Source of the DNA: Fistulifera solaris
Taxonomy: Eukaryota
DNA: 64,000 nucleotides
Direction: 5' to 3'
Assembly (NCBI GenBank): GCA_030295235.1
Contig: AP026127.1
Location: 62,001-126,000 of the forward strand
In this document: positions 12,724 through 24,362 of the stretch, in pieces
How positions within the stretch are numbered: the first letter of the stretch is position 1
Layout of the letters: every line of letters starts with the position of its first letter
Translations under genes and position numbers: made by a program
Notes under the pieces: generated by a model
Seen by the model: the letters and a program-made list of their open reading frames with translations, nothing else
The model's database searches: none
What the model was told of the DNA's origin: nothing

Positions 12724-12823
12724 GGACGTAAAATTTTTTTTTTATTTTAAAATAAAAAAATTCTGCCTCCAGTACAAAATTCTACTTAACGTCTATGACA
12801 AGGCAGAATTTTAGCATCGATTC
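12724..12823 (+). repeat. Dispersed hairpin element, copy 1 (diverged, with an AT-rich palindromic insert)
   Basis: ggacgtaaaa...aaaattctgcctccagtacaaaattctac...aggcagaattttagcatcg aligns by eye with the copies at 23794 and 57165. Confidence 0.75.
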
Positions 12824-15517
12824 CAATATTTCCAGTGTTCTACTTTTGCAGGACAAGTAATTCGTGACTAAATATAGACAGTACATTTTCTACATACGTG
12901 GGTGCTCTTACAGGACAAACCTTTCCTGCATACGTACGTTTTGGTCAATCATCGGCAAATGATTGTCCTGCACACGTCGCGATAATTTCTCGTGATAGTT
13001 GCATCAACGGGAAATGAAACAACCGGTCGATACATTTGCAGGACAAGTTTCCTGTCGTACAACTTCTACGAAGACAAAGATCAAAAGCGCACAACATCAC
13101 TTTTTTTCTTCGTAAATGCTATTAATATTATCAAATGGACCAGACGAAGCTTATGAATAAAATGTTAGCAGGCACCGCAAGTAATTAAAACGATGGGTTT
13201 ATTATGTGCCATTGTAAATGGCGTAGGCTTCGTCGGGTGCCAGCTTTTTTCGACGTCGGCTTTACATTACGGCAAAAGGAAAAGAGAGTGAGATGGCGGC
13301 TTTCCGCATTCTTTTTGTTTCTTTTCTGTACCTTTTCGATGATACAAAACATGTATTATCTTCACTTTCATTTCTGAGATAACAATCAACCATTTTTTTG
13401 TCGCACAAATTTCAAACTTGGAAAATTGTCTCACGCGATGAGACGGATTTCGACCTCCATATTGTGACTTCGCGTGAGAGAAATGCATTAAAAAGAGTCT
13501 TAGACTGGTGTGCTACGAAAATGGGTTACCGCGTGTTTTCTCTGTTGATAGTTTCGTGTACGACAGACGTACTTCATCATCAAGTGGGATGAATCTTGTC
13601 GTAGCTCTGAGTCTACGAACAATGATGCTAGATGCTTGAGTTTCGTGGCAGCACGGGTGAATGCAAATTTGAGGCCAGAAAGTGTGCCGCCATGGATGAA
13701 ACAACACGTGGTGTTCGCCTGTTGTAAAAGAAGAATTGGATGAAGTCTTTTAGCTGTAAATAAGAGAAGAATCTCTTTTAATAGCTTCAATATTCCCTAT
13801 ATTCGGGTGCGCAAGACACAACTTGGCCTAGTAATTGTTAGTTAGGACACCGTACGGCACATGTAACCAAGGTTTTTTAAAAAAAAGAAAGTGATCAGCA
13901 TTAGTTTAGTCCGGGACTGATATCGTTGTTAGTCGTAGAACGTTTTGTCTAAAAGTCAAAAACAACAAAGCCACCGTAACATCTTGAGCGAGAAGCTTTT
14001 TAAAAGCACAAGATATTTTAGTGATGATGGGGTGATTGCACATCGTCGAAGATGTGTAGTCGACATAATCCGTGACTGAAAATTTAGGTGAGTCGGAAAA
14101 TACTCTTGTACACTAACGATTATAGTCCGATTCGAATGATTCCGAAGAACTCGCATCTAACTTGATTCGGGTCAAAACGCCGATATAAACAACACCAACA
14201 CAATACGGTCTCCAGCATGATTATTTGGTTCCAAGCCAAAAAGATATATAGAAATTAGCACATAGGTGTAAAGCGGCTATAAAATCAAGCCGAAAAAGTG
14301 ACAACCTCAGGACCATGATTGTTCGTATCGACTTTAGATAGTCGGCAAGAATTTCAACATATTAAATAACTTAAGAAACAAAGCTGACGCTATCTCCATC
14401 TCGCATATCGATTACGTAGTTGCCGTAGGACAGGGCTAGGACAGAACGAGACGCCGATAGTCATCTCTAGTCCAGAATACGAAAAGAAACGTCCGCTCGG
14501 CTCTCAAGCTGCTTGACCACAAGGCCTGATACGCAACTAGTTTTTTGTTTGCGATAGGAAAGATCTAGCAGTTCTCTATTCTCTCTTCCGTGGAAGCCGG
14601 TTCAGAATTTGAAAAGAGAAAACTAGAGGATGCGATTTATGTTTTCATTGTCTCAGACTACTAAAGCTACGAGGTACTCTTTTGTCTTAGTCTTCTGTGA
14701 CTGTAGCGCTTTCTTGTAGAACGGTTGCAATACAGACCATAAAATTTTGCAGGACGACCTTGTCCGGCAAAAGTCGAAGTTTTTACATTGTTCTCACTAC
14801 CCCTCTTGTAGCTATAGCTTGCGGCTTGGCTACGGTGCTTGGGTATCCGCGATCCGCAATCCACATCCGTCCCTCCATTCAAGTAAACATAACGAACAAA
14901 CATCAAACACATGAACTTACAAGGAGAGAAAGAGCTAAAGGAAACAAAGAGAAACAAGCTGGAAGCGCTAAAGACGGATGTCTAAAAATTTATAAGCTAT
15001 TGCTACATCGGCATCCAAAGCAACGTTGAATTGATAACCGTTGCGGGTGGATACGAAATTGGGACGTGGCGGGGAACGTAGACGTCACCAATCACGGATG
15101 ACTCGCGTTATACTTTACTTGCATTATCCAGGATGCTACCCACGGATTGTGAGTCAGCAGTCAGCAATAATGTTGGTTTGGGTCGAATTCGAACACCTCT
15201 ATCTTCTATCTCTGGGCTCTGGGCCTGTTGGAATAGGCAATCCCAACCTTCAAGAACTTGTAGGGGATCAGACAGCCTTCACAAAATCAAAAATTGTCGA
15301 ACAAGTCGACAGTTTTTATTTTCGCCGTAGAAATGGACCAGCGTTTCTACTTGAAAGAATCCGGAACTAAAAGTCAGAAAATCCTCAAAAATTGGTTTTG
15401 ATACGAAACAAACTATTGTATTCAGCATTTTCTAATGCATCTGACTGAACAATTAGATCTTTTGTTTAAGCCATTATTTTGATCAAAAACTGATGATTTA
15501 CATTAATATACCAAGGG

Positions 15518-15957
15518 TTAAGGATATGTTTTGAAAAGGTTGTGCAGTTGTGCACGGTCGGAAATGACTCCTTTTTCATAGAGTACAACGTACAACGGTA
15601 TCACTATCACTATCACTTCCGTTTCTACTAGAGAGGGAGTCATCCTAGTCACAGGTCGAAAGTCGAAAGACGTTCGTTCCGTTGCTTTTCTCGCGGATCG
15701 CTCATCGGCATTCGTCGGCATTCATCGACTTCAAGAGCAGCCTTGGATCTTGGATCTTTGATGAAAGATTCTGGATAATCCGAATCGTGTTTGTGAAGGT
15801 AAAATGGCGCGCCAGCCCTTCGTTCGACGTTTGTGCTTGTAAAGGACCCAGAGTGAAAAATAAAGAATGGAATGGGTATGGCGAGGATCCCTACCAAAAA
15901 TAATGTGAGACCTCCCTTCACTCGGCATGAATTGTTATTGGTGCAATAACGCATCAA
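15518..15957 (-). other. Possible fragment of a type II membrane protein gene
   Basis: Short ORF with one hydrophobic segment (GLTLFLVGILAIPIPFFIF), apparently continued in a shifted frame. No recognisable domain. Confidence 0.25.
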
Positions 15958-16136
15958 TGGATTCAGATATTAAAAAGGATTTCCATTGGTGCTAAAATGA
16001 ATGGGAAGGCCGGGCGAACGACTACAATACACCTCTGTATAAATCGAACAGTCGGCACTAAAAAGTGGATCAATTGTAGCTGGTTAGTTTAAGAAACGTC
16101 ATACAAATATAAACAAAACCTATAACTACTATAAAA

Positions 16137-17709
16137 TCAAATGTCTTCTTCATCGTCACCAAATACTTCCGCCTCTTTCACTTGAATCAAAAGATGGACC
16201 GGATCCAATTTTGCTCCCGCCACCAAATCAAAAAACTGTTGCAGTGTGGTAATTGCCAAATCGCCCTGCGTGAAGGTATGATAGGGCGCTTTGTCAGCTG
16301 TCGAATGGCAAATGATCCATTGCACTTCCATGTCACCCTTGGCCAATTTGGCACTCGTGTCCGCATCAAACTCGTACAAGCCCGCTGTTTGGATGGGCGG
16401 TGCCATTTGCTGTTCCAATGTCAAGGACAAATCATCGAGCATCGGAGTGAAATGCAAATCGACGGATTGCTCTCCGTGAACCGAACTCGTGACCCGGACG
16501 ATGGGAGGATACGATTGCAACTTGCGTTCGTTGCTGGGAGGATAGGCTCCGGTTTGGGGTTGTTTGCCACCAAATTCGGACGCATTCCATGTGGTGGCGT
16601 GCAATCGAGTGGGCAAATCCGACAACTTCGGCCACGTAGATGGATCGTCTTCGTGCAATGTAAATACTTCATAGCACAATTTTCCCGCGTATCCATTGAT
16701 ATTGGTGGACACATGGCCGTCGGTTTGAAAGTTGGCATCCTTCCACACTTCAATCAAATGGGTAAAGTGTTCCAATGTCAACGCATGGTACAATTCACAG
16801 TCTTGTTTCAAAAAACAACGACGGACCAATTCTTCGACGCGCAAGACCGAAGCTTGGGCTCCTCCTTCCTTGAAAGTTTCTCGGAAATTGTTTTGCAGTT
16901 GCGAGAGTGTGGTGGACACGGCCGTCGCCACGGTGGGATCATCGCCCGATACCGTTTTGCGAACGGATGGCTTTTGTTTTTTGCCCCGCAATTTGTGCGC
17001 GTCCGCCGGACCGGCCGTGTGGACTCTCCACACCGTCTGTTTGTGTGTTTGGCCGTTGGTGCCTTCAATTTGTTCGTCTTGTAAAGCGATTTGATCCAAT
17101 TCAATTTCAATCGAAAAGTAAGTCCGGGCGATTCGTTTGAGAACCCCTTCGACCAACGGCACCAACAATGTTCCACGTTGCGAATAGTAATGCACCAAAA
17201 TGGCACCTTCTTCGGCACTCGAATCCGGATCGTCTTCGCTCCAAAAGACCGGTGCTACGAATCCTTTCGGATACGACGCCTGCAAATGATCGTGCAAGGA
17301 ATTCAAGTTGGACAACCAGTCGCGCAGATTGCTTCCGAGACATTCCAACACATTGGAATACCCATTGTCTTGAACATAATCAATAAAGTAGTCACCAAAC
17401 GCGTGCAAGACATCGTCGACACGGATGCCCAAGACTTCGGAGGCCGCGACGACCAATTGCACCGTATCGGCGTCGGGATAGTACTTGTATCGCAAGAATC
17501 CTCCATCCGGAACATCACAATTCGCCTTTTCTTTGATTTGATGCCACGTTTCTGGGGAGGTGAGTCAAAGAAGAAAACGGCATAATGTTGGCAAAGGAAG
17601 TTGAGCCGACCCAGCGAAGGAACCATCAAAAAGGCCACCGATATCGCTTACCTTCCCCAAACTTGCTCACCACCAGACATTCGGTGCAATCGTTGATCCA
17701 ACCAAACAT
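16137..17709 (-). CDS. H-NOX (HNOB, heme NO-binding) protein with a C-terminal extension, 490 aa, two exons
   Basis: Exon 1 (17709..17652) reads MFGWINDCTECLVVSKFGE. Intron 17651..17552 is GTAAG...CAG. Exon 2 reads ETWHQIKEKA...YPDADT...FGDYF...NLNSLHDHL (proximal His)...APVF...HYYSQR (YxSxR heme-propionate motif), matching the soluble guanylate cyclase beta-subunit H-NOX. Confidence 0.92.
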
Positions 17710-17973
17710 TGTTGAAACTGTTGGAGATGTTAATGATGGGTTGCACGGCGATGATTGACATACCTTTCGGTGCAAAACATCATCGCGCCGTTTCTTGTTC
17801 GCGTCGCTCGGTCGGAGCTACCCGAAATTCGAAATTAGCAGAATCTAGTTGGAACTTTATCTGTAATGCTGCGGCGTGTGGCGTACGAGTGACGAATACC
17901 TGGCACAGTACGGTGGTCTACTTGTATCCATCCTCAAAAATCGTTGCTTCTTCTTGCAGCATCGATAGTGCAT

Positions 17974-17994
17974 TGACGTCATGACTCATGAGTC
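17974..17994. promoter_or_regulatory. Three abutting bZIP-type motifs (TGACGTCA, TGACTCA, TGAGTC) upstream of the H-NOX gene
   Basis: Sequence tgacgtcatgactcatgagtc lies ~265 bp upstream of the ATG. Function is inferred only. Confidence 0.35.
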
Positions 17995-18586
17995 GCGGGT
18001 CATGGATCGCGGTTCGTTGCTAAGATAAACAAATAATACGAAGTTCTGCAACGACAACTCCAAACACATATGGTAGACTATAATATACAAAATTCATTGT
18101 GAGGTAATAGTGAATAGTTTTCGCTTTCGTATTTCCGACATGTGTCAAGGGTCTATGCGTCTATGCTTCTAATGCGGATGCATGATGTCGAAGAAACTTG
18201 ATACAGAACACGTTAAGTGGATAATCACTCCTTTCGACTTGCTCGGTGTGCAGTAACAAGTTTGGCAGTCAGCTAACATCCTATTACAGGGAAAGTACCA
18301 TTTACGACTTACAACACCCCGTGGAGTGCAAGCGCGACTATCGGCGACCAGGCGCCCTCCGCCAAGCCTCAAGACAAGTTACTCGTCTTGGGAAGACAAT
18401 GTAGTACCAACAAACCTATGATGCATAGAATGTCTAGCGCAAGGCAAGGAAAAATGAGTAGGACATCAAGTAATGCTTATCAGCTTATTCTGTATTGATA
18501 CTATCATCTGACAAAAAGGAGCCGCAAAATCGAAAGCAATGTCTTGTTGTTTCACTTGATACGGTAAGTAGCCACTCTAAGTATGC

Positions 18587-19590
18587 CTAATCATATGGAG
18601 GATCTCGATAGCCGCAGGAAAAAAGCTTTTCGCCGTGATTGATTGCCAATTGCGTGATGACAGCAACAGCGGCGAATGCGTCGCCATGTTTTACCAGTTC
18701 CCTCGCCATCTCCCCTGCAAGACACTTCCATTGCTTGAAACGCTTGTTGATTGTCTCTTGTCGGTTACGCACCCTTTGCTGCATGTATTCAGTGTAGGGA
18801 GGGTTTGCGAAACCCGCAGGACATTTTACAAACAAAGGATGGTCGCCGATGTAGCCATCGTCTGCCTCGACTCGCTCACCAGGTTCAAGATGGCTTCGGA
18901 GTGAATTGCGAAAAATGTTGATATCCGGCCAAAGCCCAGCTTCGTACGGACCATTTACCCAAACAATGTCGCCAGTTAAAATACATAATGCCACTTCATA
19001 CCGGAATGCCGACTTCTTGAATTTATGGCTGTAAAACGCTCGACCGTGCTCTGGAATCAGGAAGTCTGTTCCGTCAACTGATATCAAACAATCATTTCCC
19101 TTATCCATCTTGAATCGATTCTCCCAGATTATCTGATGAAGAGAGTCGAAAAAGAGACGCGTTAGATGTTATTATCCGATATGTAGGTGATGATTCTTTT
19201 ACTGCAGCAACTTACCAGGAAAGACTGAAGCGAAGAAATTGCCTCGACAAACTGCCAAGACCACTTTCGAAACGTGTCCTTGTCTACTCCGCCAGCGAGC
19301 GCGCACATGACCTTTTCCGTGCCGTATACTTTCAGGAACATAAGTGCCCACAGCAGATGCTCCTTATTGCTTGTGCTACCAGGCGGTAGGCTTTCCGTTT
19401 TTTTCAACAAATTCCACAGAGAAACACAAACACCAACACTACAACCAAACATTTCACGAAACTCGCCGTCTTCGCTCGAGAACGCTCGCTGTTTCCACGG
19501 GTCACGTCGCCAAATTTCTCTAGCAAGAATCAAGAACGCATCCGGAGAGGCCTCATCTGTTAGTTGTTGAACGTTCGCATTACCGAACAT
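18587..19590 (-). CDS. PIF/Harbinger-superfamily (DDE_Tnp_4-like) transposase, 306 aa, two exons
   Basis: Intron 19215..19133 (GTAAGT...CTAAC...CAG) joins LQSFL to IIWENRF in frame. Catalytic motifs VDGTD, YSHK, GP..AG..PD, ADDGY and R..QETINKRFK. The N-terminal part (HLLWALMFLKVY...FRKW) is HTH-like. Confidence 0.88.
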
Positions 19591-20377
19591 GATTGCTCTC
19601 AGTAATCACGTATGCGACAAGAAAAATCGTTATCTTGAAATGGAATGAAGAAGTTTATGCTCTTCATCAAAACCCGATCAATTATCAGCTCATCGCAATT
19701 GGGATCGCACAGACGAGGAGGCAAAAACAAAAAAAGATCCGAGACTCTCGTCACTCATCACAGCGTCACAGGTCACAGTCAACACCCTTTCGCATAGCAG
19801 TCGATACATAGCACAATCGTTGATGGTCCCCCATGCGTTTGAAAATTCGAAATTTCAGATTATTCTACTCAAAAATTTAGTTATGAAGGGAAAGCTTTGA
19901 TAACTTAACCTTTAGTGTTTCGATAGATAGAAGGGATACCTCTGAAAATTGAGTGTTAAGTGAACAACTATCGATCTTTTTGTAAAAAAATGAAAAATAA
20001 CCTCTCTCGCCACTCGCCACTCCTAAGCTAACGCCTTACCCACTGTATAAGTACACGACCAAGTCGACTACTTTACTCACTTACAGTACAACGTTGACCG
20101 TTGTTTGTTCTCAAAGTTCAACATGAACCAAGACCGCCGTTGCGTACTCTTCACCGCGAAAAAAGAGACTTAAAGCTGCACGTTTCGGCTTCCAGCTTCC
20201 AGCAAACCGTACAACGTATGAATTATTAGGAGATGCGAAATGAGAGAATGAGATTTTTAGTGGAACCGATATCCGATGCACAAAGAAAAGGAAGAAGGGG
20301 CATATCATTTTAAAGAAACGCTTTCCTTAAAGAATCGTACTCTCTTGCTTGTAAGTTGTAAGGAAATCCAGGTATCT

Positions 20378-20668
20378 GCGGCATGCGGCATTACGCATTA
20401 CGCATTACCGCATTACAGCCAATCGCGGCAATAATGCGTTCCTCGGCATTAATGCTTTCTGACGCATTACTGCGATGTGCGGCATTAATGCTTTCTGCGG
20501 CATTAATGCTTTCTGGGGCACATGTGCTTCCTCGTACAAAAGTCTACGCCTTTTTCCGTAGAAGACAGCATTTAGTGCTTTCTGGGGAATATGTGCTTTC
20601 TGCGGAATTAGTGCTTTCTGCGGCACTTGTGCTTTTGGCGACATTAATGCGTTCTTCGGCATAAATGC
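20378..20668. repeat. Degenerate 18-bp tandem array with a palindromic GCATTAATGC core
   Basis: Units such as gcattaatgctttctgcg repeat about 11 times with variants, preceded by gcattac x4. Confidence 0.85.
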
Positions 20669-21506
20669 TTTTTTCTTTGAAGATACAGTACTGCTCTAAA
20701 AGTTTTTCCAGTTTTAGTCTCAGTTTTATGTACAGTAGTAATTTTTATTCCGGTAAAATAGGGAGTACTGATTTCTTAAGTGACTCTCGCTACAGTAATG
20801 TGTGTAGTGTGGTTACGATTAATTAACCCCTGTGATTAATCACGGTAAATGATCAAAATTTCTTATTCATCGAAAAACGGAATGCAGTAGTGAATATGCG
20901 ACTTAGAAATCAGAAACGAGACACGGAGTTCTTCTTAGCTGATACTCGAGACTCGAGACTAATTTAACTTTAGTCTGTGCCACATACAGTTGGCGATACT
21001 CAAAAGTAGTGAAAAGCTAAACAAATTCTGAGGCTATTTTAGAGAAAGCACATTTATGGGGTTGAGTGTAGACTAAATTAGCTTGTATCTTGCATCTTGT
21101 ATCGTATTTATTGTGACTTGTGACGATGATTCGTGATTGCTAATCGCCCCTCGATAGCTAAACAGTACATATGATGCTCGTTTTACGTGCATTTTCAAGG
21201 TGGGTGTTCCGTGACCGTGGCTGTCTCCAACCCACTCTCTCTTCAACTAGTGATCAACGAAGAACATCTCGCCCATCTTGCCTCTTGCAACCGCAACATT
21301 CAAAGTAATCACACTTTTGACGCAATTGCCAAAGTTTCACTTTTCAAATCCATCACAATAGACAAAAAGGTACATGAAATGGGATCAAGCACGCAAAATG
21401 GGAAATGAAGCAGAGGAATCCGTAGAATCCTACGACAGGGCTACGAAGTCGACAATCAATGCTTTCGTAGAGTTTTCAAGCTCAGACGATCACAATTTTG
21501 CGCTGC

Positions 21507-21808
21507 ATGATGGCACGCTGGGGCAATCCTGACAACGCAAAACTTCGCGTCTTGTTTGAGCAAGGGCTTCGAAACGGTGGCGCTGATCCAGGAGACCTGA
21601 GTCAGCCTGCAATCGAACGCGTTCGGTTTCGCCATTGGAAAGATCGAGACTACCACGCTTTCGCGCAGATTTACCGGAAAAAGGCTCGCGCTTACCTTGC
21701 GAACGGAACCTTGGTGGGAGCCCGACGAGGTAATTTAAGGTTGCGCAGCTGCAATTGTGCTTCGCGTACTTCACTAACCCTTTGATGCCTTTGTTTGTAC
21801 CAAGGCGG

Positions 21809-21841
<33 letters not shown>

Positions 21842-22790
21842 TCCAGACGTTGAAGAGAACCAGCCACCGAACCCGGAACAGATTCCGCCGCCGAACCCTG
21901 AGCCTCCCCGTCCCCGCGGCCCCGAGAACGGAGACGAGGACGCTGGTGAACAAGAGGAAGAAGGAGAAGAAGAAGAGACTCCTGACGATTTTGAAGAGTT
22001 TGACGAAGAAAAAGACGAGACCGGGGCAGGTGATCTCGAACGTAGTTTTTCCGAGTTTGCCTTAGACGAGATGAAAGGTGAAGACGCAGAAGACAGCAAG
22101 CCTGCCGCCAGAGACAAGAGCAATGTTGTTACTTTGTCCGATGGCAGTAGCTACTGTCTTGTTCACCAGTTTCCCTACTTGGCGTACCACTATGTTGAAC
22201 ACTCGGAGCGTTTTGTGCTGATCGACTTTCTCGTCGCTGGACAAGATGAGCAGAACTTCCGTCCCAGAGTCTCCGCCAATGGAAAAGCGCTTGTTTTGAA
22301 CATGCATATTCCCGAGCTCTTCATCGAGGCAGATCGTGTAGATTGGGTCCGAGGTACGGGTATGAGCCATCATGCCGTGGCTGCTTTGCGTGTGCTGGGG
22401 TCGAAGATTGCCGAGCACCAACAGGATGAACAGGTTCTTCAGAGCCAGAAAGGACAGGTTGTCAAGCTTCCGTTTGAGGTAGAACGCGATCCAGTGGAGT
22501 GGAACCTTGTGCGATTGGAAGCCGGGAATCGCGACCCTGTCCACGTCTTTTGTGTGCTTCTCAAAGGTGTCCAGAAGCTTAAGAAGCGGGACAAAAAAGC
22601 AGGCTACGTTCAAGTCGTTTCTCCTCGAAGTCTGATCCCACCTTCTGGAGGATCTTCGCAGCCACCGACTGGTCAAACCCAGCAGCAACCTCCGGAACCT
22701 GAGCGGGGCCCCGGCTTATTTGGAGCCATTTCGGGCTTGCTCACACCTCGTCCTAAGAACCGAGACGAACGCGGTGTTACCTTCTCCTGA
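21507..22790 (+). CDS. Transposon accessory protein, ~402 aa: helical putative DNA-binding N-terminus, acidic linker, HSP20/alpha-crystallin-like C-terminal domain
   Basis: Intron 21730..21804 (GTAATT...CTAAC...AAG) fuses ORF 21498 (MMARWGNPD...) in frame to ORF 21795. Poly-Ala and E/D-rich linker. Beta-rich region FVLIDFLVAGQDEQNFRPRVSANGKALVL...VVKLPFEVE. Confidence 0.7.
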
Positions 22791-23793
22791 GCTTCCAGCG
22801 ATGTATCTGCATATCTATACATAATTACGTAGGAATTTCATGTTGGTGAATGCTTTAGCTTCGTACTATGTCTGTTTGTGTCTAGTGCCGAGTCATTTCA
22901 AAAGATATGATGCTTGTTGGTTGTTGGTTTATTGGCTCCTCTCATCTGATCAAGGAAAATGATTTGCGATATAATTAGGGCGCGAGTGTCGGAAATAGGC
23001 GATCTCTGTACGGGGTAGTGAGGACTAAAACGTTATCAAGTTCTTGGCTCACTTTCGCTATCTGTTTCTCTAAGCTGGTCTTTACGCATTTCTTTGCAGA
23101 GTGTCGTTATTATTGTCGTCCCCGCTGTCACTTGTCACCCATTGAAGTGCCCTGTCGTTTTTAGCGGTACCTGGGAATTTTTTGCTTCTTCCACCTAGTT
23201 CAGTGCCGTTATGACGTCAACGAAACAAAAACATAAAAGTCGGTGGAATCTCTCGGTTTTGCTGATTTCGGGTAGCTCCGTCATCCGACTTGCATTCGCT
23301 CGGACGGTCATTCTCAGAAATCATTCAGTTTCGAGAGTAATTCCAATAGTACAGAGGGTCACGGAGCAGCCGGCGGCCAATAACGCATCGGGAGACGCAA
23401 TAAAGTGGAAATGCCACATGCCACGTGCCAGTACTACTCAAAGCTTTATAAAGGTTTACCAAAAGACAGAACCAAATTATCAATAGTCATCAACTTCGTT
23501 GTAAGTGTAACTGACGAAAAGTAGAGTAGAATGTAGAATTGTGCGTTGTGCCTTGGGCCCAGGTCACGTGTCCTACTACGTAAGCACGTCCAAAATGCGT
23601 ATTAGCTACTCCGGAGTATTAGCTTTCGGCCTTCGGCATTCTTTTGCAAATCACTCTATTTTCTATTTCTCCGATCCTCCTTTGACTGTATGTAGAAGAA
23701 GTATTATGTATAAGATTGACCGGAATGCCGTGTTTTTGACTAAGAATGTACGTGCCCAAAATATAAGCCTCCTACTTTAGTGATAATGTTCAG

Positions 23794-23893
23794 GAAACGA
23801 CGTTAAAAGTTAAAAGTTAAAACCCTGCCTCGCCGTAGGCTCTACGTAGAAACTTGTACTGAGAGACTGAGAGGCAGAATATTAACGTCCTTT
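23794..23893 (-). repeat. Dispersed hairpin element, copy 2 (inverted)
   Basis: The reverse complement reads ggacgttaatattctgcctctcag(tctctcag)tacaagtttctacgtagagcctacggcgaggcagggttttaac..., near-identical to 57165..57244 apart from slippage duplications. Confidence 0.85.
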
Positions 23894-24362
23894 TTTCCTT
23901 TCCAGTACTCCGTATTTTAATTAAAAATCAAGACCGATGACCAAAACCGGTTTTTTTTTTATTTTAATAAAATATCCCAGAAAGCGTACCAGCAGCCAGC
24001 AGCTTGAAGTTTCCGAAAGGAAAGCGGCATTTCATTATGCCGAACAACGTACGCACGTACTATAAATAGTACCAGTACAACTACGAACGTTTCTCACTTG
24101 CAACTGCAACTTGCAAGGGCCATGCATGGGCCATGGGCCTTCAGAAAAGTACACCTTCAAGGTGGGACCAACGGAAGAACGGAAGTGGACAAGCGACCCT
24201 TCTGCCGGCATAAGAAGATGGACCGACGAAGTCGCTTTGTGACGCTATTTTGTTTGATTTATTGCTTGTTTGTTGTTGTGTTAGCGTTCTCTCTCGAACC
24301 AATCTAAAGTAGACTCCATCACAACAGCAAAGCACAAATCAAAGTGAAAGTAATAGCGTTAC

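Larger units (their letters stand above)
18130..22997. mobile_element. Harbinger-type DNA transposon cassette 1 (boundaries tentative)
   Basis: Divergent transposase and accessory gene, with an internal palindromic tandem array. The only candidate end signal is an 11-bp inverted match, tatttccgaca (18130) / tgtcggaaata (22987). Confidence 0.5.

Noticed and set aside
13260..15400. Short ORFs between the cyclase and H-NOX genes
   Set aside because: They have no recognisable motifs or consistent frame. They may be decayed sequence.
16182..17084. 300-aa plus-strand ORF
   Set aside because: It is antisense to the H-NOX coding region.
20383..20664. Repetitive ORFs (SAALML / PQKALM) on both strands
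   Set aside because: These are translations of the 18-bp DNA array. The palindromic DNA core explains them better than protein coding.
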